From: a virus
Strand: one strand, 5' to 3'
Virus genome (UHGV): UHGV-0303171
Length of the DNA: 60,072 nt
The notes below the pieces were generated by a model, which did no database searches, was not told where the DNA came from, and saw only the letters and a program-made list of their open reading frames with translations. A program made the position numbers and the translations under genes. Positions 1 to 9,227 of the stretch are shown piece by piece (the first letter of the stretch is position 1; each line of letters opens with the position of its first letter).

Positions 1-357
1 AGAAATGGCGCACAGTTTGATGAAAACGGAAAAACGATTCGAGGTACAGGACATATGGTATTTAACTGGTTCAAGTGGGAAAAGGATGGAAAAGATATTC
101 CGAAAATTCATCCGGCTCAAAAGCCAGTGAGATTGTTAGAACAATTGATTCAGACATTTACTGATCCTGGAGATGTAGTTATTGATCCATGTTGCGGTTC
201 TGGAAGCACGTTGAGAGCAGCTAGAAACCTGGGTAGAAGCGCATTCGGTTTTGAAATTGACCGAAATTTCTATGAAAGAGCTAAGAATGAAATGCTGAAA
301 GTTGAAAAAGAGTCGCAGATGAGCCTTGAAGACTTCCCGGAGGTAATGCCGAAATGA
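1..357 (+). CDS. DNA methyltransferase (N6-adenine/N4-cytosine family), C-terminal part; ORF continues in frame from the 3' end of the window
   Basis: Frame 1 is open from nt 1 with no stop. Motifs HPAQKP...VIDPCCGSGST match the PF01555-type HPTQKP / DPFxGSGTT signature. The upstream half lies at 59566..60072. Confidence 0.75.
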   Translation, partial: RNGAQFDENGKTIRGTGHMVFNWFKWEKDGKDIPKIHPAQKPVRLLEQLIQTFTDPGDVVIDPCCGSGSTLRAARNLGRSAFGFEIDRNFYERAKNEMLKVEKESQMSLEDFPEVMPK

Positions 358-380
358 AAGATTTGCGTAGGTGGTAAGAA

Positions 381-773
381 ATGAATATTGAATTAAAAGA
401 GATAGACAAAGACACATTGAAAGTTGGAGATTGGGTCGGGATTGCAAGAGAAGTAAGCTACGGATGGGGTTTATCATTCCGGCATAGACTGATTTTTCCG
501 GCACAAATTACAAGAATCACTCCAAAGCGAACCAAATTCTTTACGGATAAGTTTGGAGAACATGACAAAAGAGAAGTATTTTATGAGTGTGATAGTGAAG
601 CTGAGAAAGAAACTTTTCTTGCTAAGGCATTTTGTGCTATTAAAAACGGAATATTTGAGTTAACCGAATTGAAAAGAAATAATTACATCGCAAGAATCAG
701 CGATGAAGATTTGCCGGAAGTAGCTGAACACATGAAAGCAATTACAGAGATTTTGAAGAAATACAAAGAATAA
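381..773 (+). CDS. hypothetical protein
   Basis: 130-aa ORF with clean coding-like composition and an upstream GGTGG RBS-like element. Confidence 0.5.
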   Translation: MNIELKEIDKDTLKVGDWVGIAREVSYGWGLSFRHRLIFPAQITRITPKRTKFFTDKFGEHDKREVFYECDSEAEKETFLAKAFCAIKNGIFELTELKRNNYIARISDEDLPEVAEHMKAITEILKKYKE

Positions 774-808
774 TAAGCAAAACATCAGTAATTGAAAGGA
801 GAAAAGCA

Positions 809-1498
809 ATGTTTACACGAGAAGATAGAGAAAATTTTTGGATATTGAACTGGTTAGATGAATTTATGATAGGACATAACGGATTCATTTGTGGTGGCTG
901 TTTCAAAAACATTTTCAATAAAGAGAATGTAAAAGATCTTGATATATTCTTCGAAAGTGAATCTGATTATGAAGATGCGGTTCAGTATTTCGATTCAATG
1001 ACTCCCGGATACGAGGGCGATGATAAACGGAGTGAAGAGTATACGTTCTATTACAAGAACGATAATGTAAAAGCGTATAAGCACATAAGAACCGGCGTAA
1101 GAATTGAATTATGTTCAAAGATTTTCGGAAAACCAGAGGAAATATTAAGCCAGTTTGATTTTAGCATTACGAAATTTGCGTACTACAAAGCAATCATAGA
1201 GGATGAAACAGGCGCAGAGTGTGAAGAAGAGCCGGATCCATTTGACGAGGATATCAAAACGCATATCGAATACCGTGTAATGTATACAGATAATTTCTTT
1301 CAGCACTTGCATATGAAGAGGTTAGTGACAGATGGAAATATTCCGTATCCAATGAGTACGTTTGAGAGAATGCTGAGATATGCAAAATACGGATATTTCC
1401 CTTGCAGAGAAACAAAGTTAAAGATTATTAAAGCATTACGTGATTTGGATGATAGGCAAGTTGAACTGTCAGAAAATCTTTATGACGGCATGGATTAA
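809..1498 (+). CDS. nucleotidyltransferase-fold protein (polymerase-beta superfamily; CCA/polyA-polymerase-head-like motif)
   Basis: ICGGCFKNIFNKENVKDLDIFF fits hG[GS]-x13-DhDh. RBS GGAGAAAAG precedes the ATG. Confidence 0.5.
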   Translation: MFTREDRENFWILNWLDEFMIGHNGFICGGCFKNIFNKENVKDLDIFFESESDYEDAVQYFDSMTPGYEGDDKRSEEYTFYYKNDNVKAYKHIRTGVRIELCSKIFGKPEEILSQFDFSITKFAYYKAIIEDETGAECEEEPDPFDEDIKTHIEYRVMYTDNFFQHLHMKRLVTDGNIPYPMSTFERMLRYAKYGYFPCRETKLKIIKALRDLDDRQVELSENLYDGMD

Positions 1499-1591
1499 GT
1501 AGTAGCTAGAAATAGCAGTACCTTGACAATTGAATATTGATGGTTGGAATGGTATAATTTTCGTATCAAATATGCGAAGGAGGATATCGAT

Positions 1592-1792
1592 ATGAGAACT
1601 TGCTTTTGGTGTGAAGGAACCGGGAAATTCAAAAAACCTAGAGATGAAGAAAAATATTCAGAAATATTTGACAGGTATGATGCTCCTGGAACGTTATCAA
1701 TGGGAGAGTGTAGAAAAAGAGCTCTCGAGGAAGTTGGATACGACTTGGTAAAATGCAAGCATTGCAACGGAACTGGAATTCAAAAAGATTAA
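1592..1792 (+). CDS. small zinc-finger protein (two CxxCxGxG motifs, DnaJ-type Zn finger-like)
   Basis: CFWCEGTGKF and CKHCNGTG. The AAGGAGG RBS sits at 1577-1583, so the start is placed at ATG 1592 rather than the track start at 1544. Confidence 0.5.
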   Translation: MRTCFWCEGTGKFKKPRDEEKYSEIFDRYDAPGTLSMGECRKRALEEVGYDLVKCKHCNGTGIQKD

Positions 1793-1866
1793 AATTGTTC
1801 TTGCCAACCATCAATATTCGGTGGTTGGTATTTTTTTACGCTTTTTTAAGGAGAAGAGGTAAGGAA

Positions 1867-2220
1867 ATGAAGAAAATATTATGCTTAATTCTAATTTGCA
1901 TTTTCTTGGTCGGTTGCTCCAATGATGCTTCAGACAAGAATTGTGAGCCACAAGAAGAAATTGCATATACTTACGAAGATGTGGACGCAACCATCACTTA
2001 CATAGATATACGGAAATGGTTCGCTATTTGTCCTCGATGGGAGTGGGAAATACAAGTCGAATACGATGGCATGACCTATGAAGAAAACGATTATGCGAGC
2101 GGTGGAATGAATGGACCGAGTTTTGCAGATAGCCGAGAGGGGGATTCGATAAGAGTCGAAATAACCAATAAATACGTAAATGGTGAATTGGTAGACAGGT
2201 TTATATCGGAGATTGAATAA
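1867..2220 (+). CDS. lipoprotein (signal peptide with lipobox LVGC)
   Basis: MKKILCLILICIFLVGCSNDAS. A GGAGAAGAGG RBS precedes ATG 1867. Confidence 0.6.
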   Translation: MKKILCLILICIFLVGCSNDASDKNCEPQEEIAYTYEDVDATITYIDIRKWFAICPRWEWEIQVEYDGMTYEENDYASGGMNGPSFADSREGDSIRVEITNKYVNGELVDRFISEIE

Positions 2221-2237
2221 GGAGAAAGGAACGAATT

Positions 2238-2924
2238 ATGAAATTAACAGGAATAGCAAGAGAAGATTTAGAAGCAAAAGGGTTGATTCTTAAAAACAAA
2301 ATTGAACTTAAATGCAGAGGAACAGCAATTCCGGACATTTATGCGAGTATAATCGGCAGAAAGAATGTTGATACCGGAGAATTCGAATCATTCTTTAAGA
2401 CAGACAATAAAAATGGTAATACAGCGGAATTTGACAGATTCCGGGAGAACGTAACATTGTTAGAAAAAGAGCATACCGTCTTTAGCCGAGAAACACGAGA
2501 AGGGAAGAATGTGATTGACTATTATGTTCCGTATGATATCCAGGAGAGTAGTAAGAATAGACCGACAGTAACCGATGAATTTCCGGAGAGTGGTTATCTA
2601 ACCGAAGGTTATTATGAGTGTGAATACGAATTGCTTCTGACTTGCGGAGAGGCAACCAGAAGACTTGTAATTCCACAGAGAACAGTCAATGTTCCGATGA
2701 TTTCATTGCTGTCGAACATCGAAGATGAAATCAGAGATATTTTGGACGGTTTCCCAGATGAGGATAACAATTTTGCTGATGTGCTGGAATTAATGGACGA
2801 TTGTTATGTAATTAAGATGTTTGATGCCTGTGGAATGCCAGCAAATATCGAGATTAACCATGCAGCTGATTTCGTGAATATGATTGTTTCAGCTAGACAG
2901 ATTAAGTGCGAATTCAAATATTGA
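2238..2924 (+). CDS. hypothetical protein
   Basis: 228-aa ORF with a GGAGAAAGGAACG RBS. Confidence 0.55.
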   Translation: MKLTGIAREDLEAKGLILKNKIELKCRGTAIPDIYASIIGRKNVDTGEFESFFKTDNKNGNTAEFDRFRENVTLLEKEHTVFSRETREGKNVIDYYVPYDIQESSKNRPTVTDEFPESGYLTEGYYECEYELLLTCGEATRRLVIPQRTVNVPMISLLSNIEDEIRDILDGFPDEDNNFADVLELMDDCYVIKMFDACGMPANIEINHAADFVNMIVSARQIKCEFKY

Positions 2925-3075
2925 GAGGAACAGTAAATGGGATGCAAGAATTATTGCTTGTATGGACAGAATGCGTGTTGTCTGGAATGTCAGATAAAAG
3001 ACCAATGCAATATTCAGTGCGATGATATAGACAGCTACGAATATGCGGTAGAATGCCCGGATTATGTAAAGGAGG

Positions 3076-3342
3076 ATGAAGATGACGTCTGAAGACTTTA
3101 TGAGAGAGCTTGAAGAAGCCAGGCTAAAAATAGAGCTGTCAAATAAACGTATTTTGTTTATGCATCCGGAAGATATCGCAATACTTGATTTGGACAAGGT
3201 GAGCAACGTTATATATCTTGTTGAAGAAAGAAGATTGGAACATGGGAAAGTAATAGCGATTACAGATGAAAAATTGAAAAGAACTGTATTGGATGCAATC
3301 AAAAACAATAAAGTGAAGTATCGCAGAGGAAGAAGGAGATAA
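3076..3342 (+). CDS. hypothetical protein
   Basis: 88-aa ORF with an AAGGAGG RBS. Confidence 0.45.
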   Translation: MKMTSEDFMRELEEARLKIELSNKRILFMHPEDIAILDLDKVSNVIYLVEERRLEHGKVIAITDEKLKRTVLDAIKNNKVKYRRGRRR

Positions 3343-3512
3343 AGTGAGAAGAGAATCACTGATTCATAAAATCTTGAGGAAACTCGGTTTTATCAAGGAC
3401 ATTGAGGATGATAGGGGAATGAAAATGGAGATGTGCAAAGAGCCAATAAAGGCAAATGTATGTCCTGAGGATTGCGACATGTGCGCATGGAATACGAAAG
3501 GTGGAGTTAGTT

Positions 3513-3797
3513 ATGAGAATCATTAGTCAGGATAGTAAAATAGACTTGCCGTATAATAGAATAATGCTTTGCGTGGAAGAAGTGCTTGTTACTGCAAGAA
3601 ATGACGGAAAACAATATCTGATCGGGAAATATTCCACTGAAGAGAAAGCAATCAAAGCTATGGAGATGTGCAGAGAAAAGTATCTTTCAAGAATGGAGCT
3701 GGATGGTGGCTATGACACTGTAAATGGTTGCTATGTTCAGCCTAATTACTGGGTATTGCCTAAGGTATTCCAGTTTCCAGCAGATGATGAGATTTAG
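3513..3797 (+). CDS. hypothetical protein
   Basis: Start moved to ATG 3513 after a GGTGGAG RBS, in frame with track ORF 3456..3797. Confidence 0.45.
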   Translation: MRIISQDSKIDLPYNRIMLCVEEVLVTARNDGKQYLIGKYSTEEKAIKAMEMCREKYLSRMELDGGYDTVNGCYVQPNYWVLPKVFQFPADDEI

Positions 3798-3811
3798 AGA
3801 GCGAGGAAGAA

Positions 3812-4138
3812 ATGAAAGAGCCAAGTGAAAAGAAAGCAATCATCAAAAAGATGATGAAAGAGGGAAAGACATATAAGCAGATTTCGGAAGAAACTGGAAT
3901 CCATCCTGGAACTGTCGGAATATACGGTGGAAAGCTTAAGAAAGCTGAGAGGGAAAAGAAATGCTTCAACGGAGACCGGCATTTGTGCAGAACTTGTAAA
4001 TACCGTGCTTCCGGTGCAAGAAGTGGTTGCGACTATATCATACATACCGGAAACGAGCGTGGTTGTAATCCGGAAGTGTGTAACAAGTATGAGAGAGGAA
4101 AAAGAAATGAGACTAAAACCAGTAGTAAAGTCAAGTGA
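3812..4138 (+). CDS. HTH-containing Cys-rich protein
   Basis: KTYKQISEETGIHPGTV is HTH-like. The C-terminal half is Cys-rich. Confidence 0.5.
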   Translation: MKEPSEKKAIIKKMMKEGKTYKQISEETGIHPGTVGIYGGKLKKAEREKKCFNGDRHLCRTCKYRASGARSGCDYIIHTGNERGCNPEVCNKYERGKRNETKTSSKVK

Positions 4139-4385
4139 GTTTGCAAGATTCGGATTCAAGCCTTGCCGAGGACTTCCGAAAAGCGCAGAAAGTTACTATC
4201 TCTGCGTGAAGAACGGACACAGAGTGATGTTTGTGGACAGTAAGCATTTTACGGAATCTGAATGGCCGATCAAAGATGCAAGGATCCACAAGAATCCAAA
4301 CTGTAAATTCAGCGACAAGCGAACGGCAACCGAGATTGAGTGTGAATTGGTTGTGAATGGCTTGCTGGAAGAGGTGAGGGAATGA
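4107..4385 (+). CDS. hypothetical protein
   Basis: Internal ATG 4107 follows a GAGAGGAAAAAG RBS, in frame with track ORF 3927..4385. Confidence 0.4.
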   Translation: MRLKPVVKSSEFARFGFKPCRGLPKSAESYYLCVKNGHRVMFVDSKHFTESEWPIKDARIHKNPNCKFSDKRTATEIECELVVNGLLEEVRE

Positions 4386-4798
4386 AAGAGAGATTAACAA
4401 CATACCACTGTGGAAAAGCAGTGATTAAGGACAAGAATAAGCTGTCAGAAGCTATTGAGAAGTTAGCTGAGTTTGAGGAAAAAGAAAAATGTGGAGAATG
4501 GATTGACGCTATCGAACTTGCGAAAATTGCTATTGCGCTGCAAAGTCAGAAGTGGATTCCAGTGAGTGAGAGGTTGCCGAAAGACGAAAAAAACTGTCTG
4601 GTAACCCTGAAAAAAACTGAAGGAATACCGGAAACACTGATGAGCATTGCAAACTATCTAGTATTTCCAAATGGAGGTCATTGGAACGATATCAAACATG
4701 GTTTTCTTGGGTGGGATAGATACAAGAATGGGAGCGCAGGAACGATGATGTATAAGGTGGTTGCCTGGTTGCCGTTACCTGAACCATATAAGGAGTGA
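4382..4798 (+). CDS. hypothetical phage protein (DUF551-like WIPVSERLP motif)
   Basis: KWIPVSERLP and C-terminal WLPLPEPYK resemble small phage DUF551 proteins. This is recalled from memory and not verified. Confidence 0.45.
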   Translation: MKERLTTYHCGKAVIKDKNKLSEAIEKLAEFEEKEKCGEWIDAIELAKIAIALQSQKWIPVSERLPKDEKNCLVTLKKTEGIPETLMSIANYLVFPNGGHWNDIKHGFLGWDRYKNGSAGTMMYKVVAWLPLPEPYKE

Positions 4799-4803
4799 GA
4801 TTG

Positions 4804-5115
4804 ATGAGCAGACTAATTGATGCGGATTTACTGATGAGAAAATGCGAGAAATGGTTAAAACCGAAAGCGCCAGACGAAGATGAAATGGTTTCGGTGGCAG
4901 ATATTGCGGTATCCACGCTTATGGAAATAGAAGAACAGCCGACAGCGTTTGATGTGGAAAAAGTTGTAAGAGAGCTTAGAGATTTAAAGATGCGATACTA
5001 TTTCACAATAGCAAATACAGGTGATGCAGATAAGGATTGTGCTTATCTTAATACTGCAAATGCTATTGACAAGGCAATTGAAATTGTTAAGCGAGGTGGA
5101 AGAGATGGAAAATAA
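4804..5115 (+). CDS. hypothetical protein
   Basis: ATG 4804 lies 10 nt after an AAGGAG RBS. The track start at 4795 is a GTG. Confidence 0.5.
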   Translation: MSRLIDADLLMRKCEKWLKPKAPDEDEMVSVADIAVSTLMEIEEQPTAFDVEKVVRELRDLKMRYYFTIANTGDADKDCAYLNTANAIDKAIEIVKRGGRDGK

Positions 5116-5198
5116 AGAGCAGACAAATGCTTGTTACGGTTGCTTCGGAGCTGCGAATGGTGATTGTGATGAGTGCGATAAGGATAGGAGTAATAAGG

Positions 5199-5624
5199 AT
5201 GAAGAATAAAGAGAGGTATGCAAAAGAGATTGTGGAGATTGCTTGCAAAGGACACGATTTTAGGGTTGATAAAAATACGAATGAAGTTGCGGATTGCTGT
5301 AACGCTCCATGTACAGCTTGTTTGTTTTTGGAGATGGAAGACTGTGACAAGGCAAGAAGAGAGTGGGCAGAGACAGAGTACATCGAAAAGCCAGTGATTT
5401 CCAAAAAAGATAAAGCTTTTTTGGAGTATCTTAAAGAAGAATTCAAATACATCGTAAGACATAAAGATGGTACTTTATTTACATATAAAGACGGTCTTAC
5501 TAATTGGTTTAGTCTAAATCGCCGTTTTGATGTAGACTTTCCAATGGTCAAATGGGAAGGCAATGAAGAGATATGGCTTATCGAGGATCTGAAAAAGTTG
5601 GAGGTGGTTGACAGTTATGAATAG
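5199..5624 (+). CDS. hypothetical Cys-rich protein
   Basis: ATG 5199 follows an AGGAG RBS, in frame with track ORF 5127..5624. Confidence 0.5.
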   Translation: MKNKERYAKEIVEIACKGHDFRVDKNTNEVADCCNAPCTACLFLEMEDCDKARREWAETEYIEKPVISKKDKAFLEYLKEEFKYIVRHKDGTLFTYKDGLTNWFSLNRRFDVDFPMVKWEGNEEIWLIEDLKKLEVVDSYE

Positions 5625-6024
5625 AGAAATGCTTTTCAGAGCGAAACATATTCATACAATTCCAGGTAATGAGCATCTCAATGGAACATGGGTGCATGGC
5701 TATCTTAGTGACGAGAATTATATCTATGATAAAAGCCTTGAGGGTGAATTTCTTGTTGATGAAAATACGATTTGCCGGTATACAGGATTAGCAAATGAAC
5801 TTGGCGAGGAATTTTGGGAAAACGATATTGTGCAATGCGGATACTATTATGGAGTGATTAAGTATGAAGATGCTGCATTTATAATTAAATGGAATACGAA
5901 AGGTTCAGAATTTCTCAGACACGATTTAGCATACTGGTCATATTTGTGCAATGCTCGTGTTGTAGGAAACGTATTTGACAACCCGGAATTGCTAGAAGAG
6001 GAGAATGTGCATGGAACAGATTAA
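5617..6024 (+). CDS. YopX family protein
   Basis: The N-terminus MNREMLFRAK and C-terminus VVGNVFDNPELLEE match the YopX pattern (KFRAW ... VIGNIYENPELL). A GGAGGTGG RBS lies 8 nt upstream. Confidence 0.7.
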   Translation: MNREMLFRAKHIHTIPGNEHLNGTWVHGYLSDENYIYDKSLEGEFLVDENTICRYTGLANELGEEFWENDIVQCGYYYGVIKYEDAAFIIKWNTKGSEFLRHDLAYWSYLCNARVVGNVFDNPELLEEENVHGTD

Positions 6025-6193
6025 GCTAGGGTTAAGAATCGCAAGCATTGTGGTTGGAATAATCGGTTATAGTGCGATATGGATATATCTGATTAATAAT
6101 CACCAGAACGAAAACAGTGCAATTGCGTGGGTATTATGGAAATGCTTTCATGCAATTGTGATTGCGCTTGCGTTTCTTTGGGCTTGGTTTTAG
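6005..6193 (+). CDS. small membrane protein (2 TM)
   Basis: 62-aa ORF with two hydrophobic helices. It overlaps the end of the YopX gene. Confidence 0.35.
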   Translation: MCMEQIKLGLRIASIVVGIIGYSAIWIYLINNHQNENSAIAWVLWKCFHAIVIALAFLWAWF

Positions 6194-6370
6194 GAGGAGA
6201 TTATATTAGAAGATAAGGAGAATAGCAATGGCAAAGATATTTAAAGTAAGTGAATATTTTATAGATGTATACAATAATTATACATTGGAATACATGAATT
6301 CGTTAATCTTTAACGGATGGGTAGGGCTTAAACCTCGGCATAAACATGCAGAAGTGGAAGAAATCAAAGA

Positions 6371-6682
6371 TTGGAGAAAAACCATCCTCTTCTAAATGAT
6401 AAATGTGACCTTGCAGATTGCGAGAAATACTTCAAGAGAAAAGTTCCAGTAGATAACGATAGAAATGTTGTTGCAGGACAAGTCTACAGACATTTTAAGG
6501 GACATATAGTTAAGGTTTTGCATATCAGTCAGGATACGGAAGCACCAGGGCAATTTTATGTGGTTTATGAATGTGAGGACGGAGCTATTTGGAGCAGACC
6601 TTATGGAATGTTCGTGAGCGAGGTTGACCACATGAAATACCCAGATGTGAAGCAGAAATACAGATTTGAATTAGTGGAGTGA
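6371..6682 (+). CDS. DUF1653-like protein
   Basis: QVYRHFKGHIV...VVYECEDGAIWSRPYGMF matches the DUF1653 YRHYKG core. Only a TTG start is in frame, so the start is uncertain. Confidence 0.5.
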   Translation: MEKNHPLLNDKCDLADCEKYFKRKVPVDNDRNVVAGQVYRHFKGHIVKVLHISQDTEAPGQFYVVYECEDGAIWSRPYGMFVSEVDHMKYPDVKQKYRFELVE

Positions 6683-6939
6683 TGAACAGTGAAAAGAAGT
6701 ACAGACAGAAGAAGATGTCCGGCAGAGATAAAAGCGAATCTGCAAAAGCATTAATTGTGAGAGGAGCGATTATTATGACAAACGGAGATAAAATCCGATC
6801 AATGTCCGACATGGAGCTGTCAAGAGAGCTCTGCAAGATTGCCGGAGTCTGCTCTGAATGTCTTGTACAAGATATGTGCGACAAGGAACATACTGGATTT
6901 GAACAATGGTTGAAAGAAGAGGTAAACGAAGATGAATAA
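6682..6939 (+). CDS. hypothetical Cys-rich protein
   Basis: 85-aa ORF. The start could be ATG 6682 or ATG 6715. Confidence 0.4.
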   Translation: MNSEKKYRQKKMSGRDKSESAKALIVRGAIIMTNGDKIRSMSDMELSRELCKIAGVCSECLVQDMCDKEHTGFEQWLKEEVNEDE

Positions 6940-7173
6940 AGGATCAAAATCAATGAAGTTTCGTGGAGATATAAAACACGGAAAGCTTACGAGTAGTGCA
7001 CCTAGCGTAAAAGCTGTTAGACGTTTCAGAACCAAACCATATGAAGCAGCTAACCTTGTGAAGAAACAAGGAGAATATTTAAGTGAGTTGCCACATGAAT
7101 GAATAGAACGTATGGGAGCGGATTTGAGCCGGGACGTAGTGGTTTAGCCGCTCCCTTGAAAGAGGGATCGCGT

Positions 7174-7578
7174 ATGAAGTTATGTAAATGTGTAAAAAGC
7201 GAGATAAATTATTACATAAAAGAATGTAACTTTACCGATGAAGAATTGAGAATTTTTATTATGTTATCAAAAGGAAAAAGCATAATTGAAATTTCGGAAA
7301 AACTTTCTGTTTCAGAATCAACCGTAAACAGACGAGTAAAAAGTATAATGTCCAAAGTGATGGAGGTAGTAAAATTGAAAGATAATAGTATTCCTGTATG
7401 GGAAAAGGTAATGCTCACAGTGGAAGAAGCTTCGCAGTATAGCAACATTGGTGTTAACAAGATAAGTTCCATGCTGAACGAACCAGGATGCCCGTTCCTT
7501 TTTTGCGTTGGAAAAGGTAAAAGATTAGTTAAAAGAAAAGAATTTGAGAAGTATATTGAAAAAACGATTGAAGTCTAA
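7174..7578 (+). CDS. excisionase-like DNA-binding protein (sigma-70 region-4-like HTH fused to a Xis/Tn916-type HTH)
   Basis: The N-terminus ELRIFIMLSKGKSIIEISEKLSVSESTVNRR is a LuxR/sigma-r4-type HTH. The C-terminus MLTVEEASQYSNIGVNKISSML...KRLVKRKEFEKYIE matches the excisionase-family HTH. An AGAGGGA RBS is present and the gene sits immediately upstream of int. Confidence 0.6.
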   Translation: MKLCKCVKSEINYYIKECNFTDEELRIFIMLSKGKSIIEISEKLSVSESTVNRRVKSIMSKVMEVVKLKDNSIPVWEKVMLTVEEASQYSNIGVNKISSMLNEPGCPFLFCVGKGKRLVKRKEFEKYIEKTIEV

Positions 7579-7654
7579 CATTGAAATATGAGCCTTTATA
7601 TAGTAATATGTAGCTGTATAGTGGCTCTTTTGTAAATGGAAGGAGCAAAAAATA

Positions 7655-8845
7655 ATGGGAAAGGATTTAAAAGGAAAAGAACTAGGAGTTGGTATAACTC
7701 AAAGAAAAAACGGAACCTATCAAGGAAGATATAAAGATAGGTTTGGCAATTCAAAGACAATATATTCAAAAAAGTTATCTGAATTAAGAAAAGATCTTGC
7801 TGTTAAAATTGCAGAAAATGAAACATTTGTAAGTGTAAGAGAAACCGTAAAATTGGATAATTGGTTTAATCAATGGATAAAGATATATAAAGAAAAGAGT
7901 GTACGCCCTAATACTCTTAGAGAATACACTCACATATACAATAAAAATATATCACCTTTCATAGGAAATCGCAACATAAATTCTTTGGTTAAATCAGATA
8001 TTCAAAGAATAATAACATTGGCTCATACAAATGGATATGGGTATGAAAGGCAAAATAAAATCAAAGTCATATTATCAGATCTAATGGCTAGAGCGCTTGA
8101 AGATAATTTAATTTCAAAAAACCCGGTTTTAGGATCCAAAGTTATAGACAAGAAAGAATCTAAAGCTAAATCTCTTACTCTTGAAGAACAGAACATTTTC
8201 TTTGAATATTGCAAAAATACATTTTATGATAATATGTTTAATGTTGCAGTAAATACCGGAATGAGGCCAGGAGAACTTTTTGCGTTGACAGAATCAGATA
8301 TCGATTTTAAAAATGGGTTCATCGATGTAAACAAAACGTTAGTGTACCAAAAGTATCTTACAGATACTAGAAAGACTTTTCACCTAGAAGAACCAAAAAC
8401 AAAGCAGAGTTACAGGAAAGTCCCGATAAACAGCGTTTGTAAAATATATCTCGAAAGACAGATTCAACAAAAAGCGATAGTATCAAGCAAGAGACCAAAA
8501 GAACAGAATGATTTCTTATTCACTACAAAGTACAATACTCCGATAAATTCAGTGATATATGCAGATGCTATACATGCAGTTATAAGAGAAATAAATTTGT
8601 TGCGACCTAACAATGATTTGTTCAAAAATTTTAGTGGGCATACATTTAGGCATACGTTTGCCACTCGATGCTTTGAACATGAAATCGATCCTAAAGTTGT
8701 TCAATCATATTTAGGTCATGCAAGTGTTAAAATGACTCTTGATTTATACACTCATGTTACGAAAGAAAAATCTTTTAATGATATTGAAAAACTGGTAGAT
8801 AATACGCCAAATAATATCGTGGATTTTAAACAAAAAATTTCATAA
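7655..8845 (+). CDS. int: tyrosine site-specific integrase
   Basis: The C-terminus HTFRHTFATRCFEHEIDPKVVQSYLGHASVKMTLDLYTHV is the R...HxxR...Y catalytic signature. An N-terminal arm-binding-like domain and a GGAAGGAG RBS are present. Confidence 0.95.
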   Translation: MGKDLKGKELGVGITQRKNGTYQGRYKDRFGNSKTIYSKKLSELRKDLAVKIAENETFVSVRETVKLDNWFNQWIKIYKEKSVRPNTLREYTHIYNKNISPFIGNRNINSLVKSDIQRIITLAHTNGYGYERQNKIKVILSDLMARALEDNLISKNPVLGSKVIDKKESKAKSLTLEEQNIFFEYCKNTFYDNMFNVAVNTGMRPGELFALTESDIDFKNGFIDVNKTLVYQKYLTDTRKTFHLEEPKTKQSYRKVPINSVCKIYLERQIQQKAIVSSKRPKEQNDFLFTTKYNTPINSVIYADAIHAVIREINLLRPNNDLFKNFSGHTFRHTFATRCFEHEIDPKVVQSYLGHASVKMTLDLYTHVTKEKSFNDIEKLVDNTPNNIVDFKQKIS

Positions 8846-9120
8846 GTGTGTAAATGGTGTGTAAGTTACACACTTGTCAACATGAAAAAGCCTTAAAATA
8901 AAGGATTTTTGGAGCATTTTGTACTAAACTTTGTAAACTTATTATGTATATCAGGTGACACCTTACGATCTGTATGGAACACCGTTCTAACACTGAGTTT
9001 ATAAGGGTTTCAAGCAATTTGGCATACACACTGAATTTCATAAAATTACACGTATTTACACGAATTTACACAGCAAAAGTGTGTAAAAAGTGTGTACGGT
9101 ACACAGCAAAAGTGTGTACG
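8844..9120. repeat. attP-like region with repeated GTGTAAA / TTTACAC arm-type motifs in both orientations
   Basis: AAGTGTGTAAA occurs at 8844, 9077 and 9100. A GTGTGTAAGTTACACAC palindrome lies at 8859-8875. Three TTTACAC copies lie at 9046-9072. The position is immediately 3' of int. Confidence 0.45.
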
Positions 9121-9160
9121 CAAAATAGTAAATAAAATAGAGCCACTATATGACATAAAT

Positions 9161-9196
9161 ATGAGAAGAAAGTGAAAACTTGCTTCTCATTTTTTA
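9161..9196 (+). terminator. intrinsic terminator-like hairpin
   Basis: ATGAGAAG-aaagtgaaaacttg-CTTCTCAT followed by TTTTTTAT. Confidence 0.5.
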
Positions 9197-9227
9197 TGCG
9201 AAAATTTAACCATAAGGAGGCGGTCAA

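Noticed and set aside
136-504. Minus-strand ORF overlapping the MTase C-terminus
   Set aside because: It is antisense to a well-supported methyltransferase frame.
5043-5563. Antisense ORFs 5043..5462 and 5087..5563 (minus)
   Set aside because: They are fully overlapped by co-linear + strand genes with RBSs. Their low-complexity L/S/F-rich translations are typical of antisense frames.
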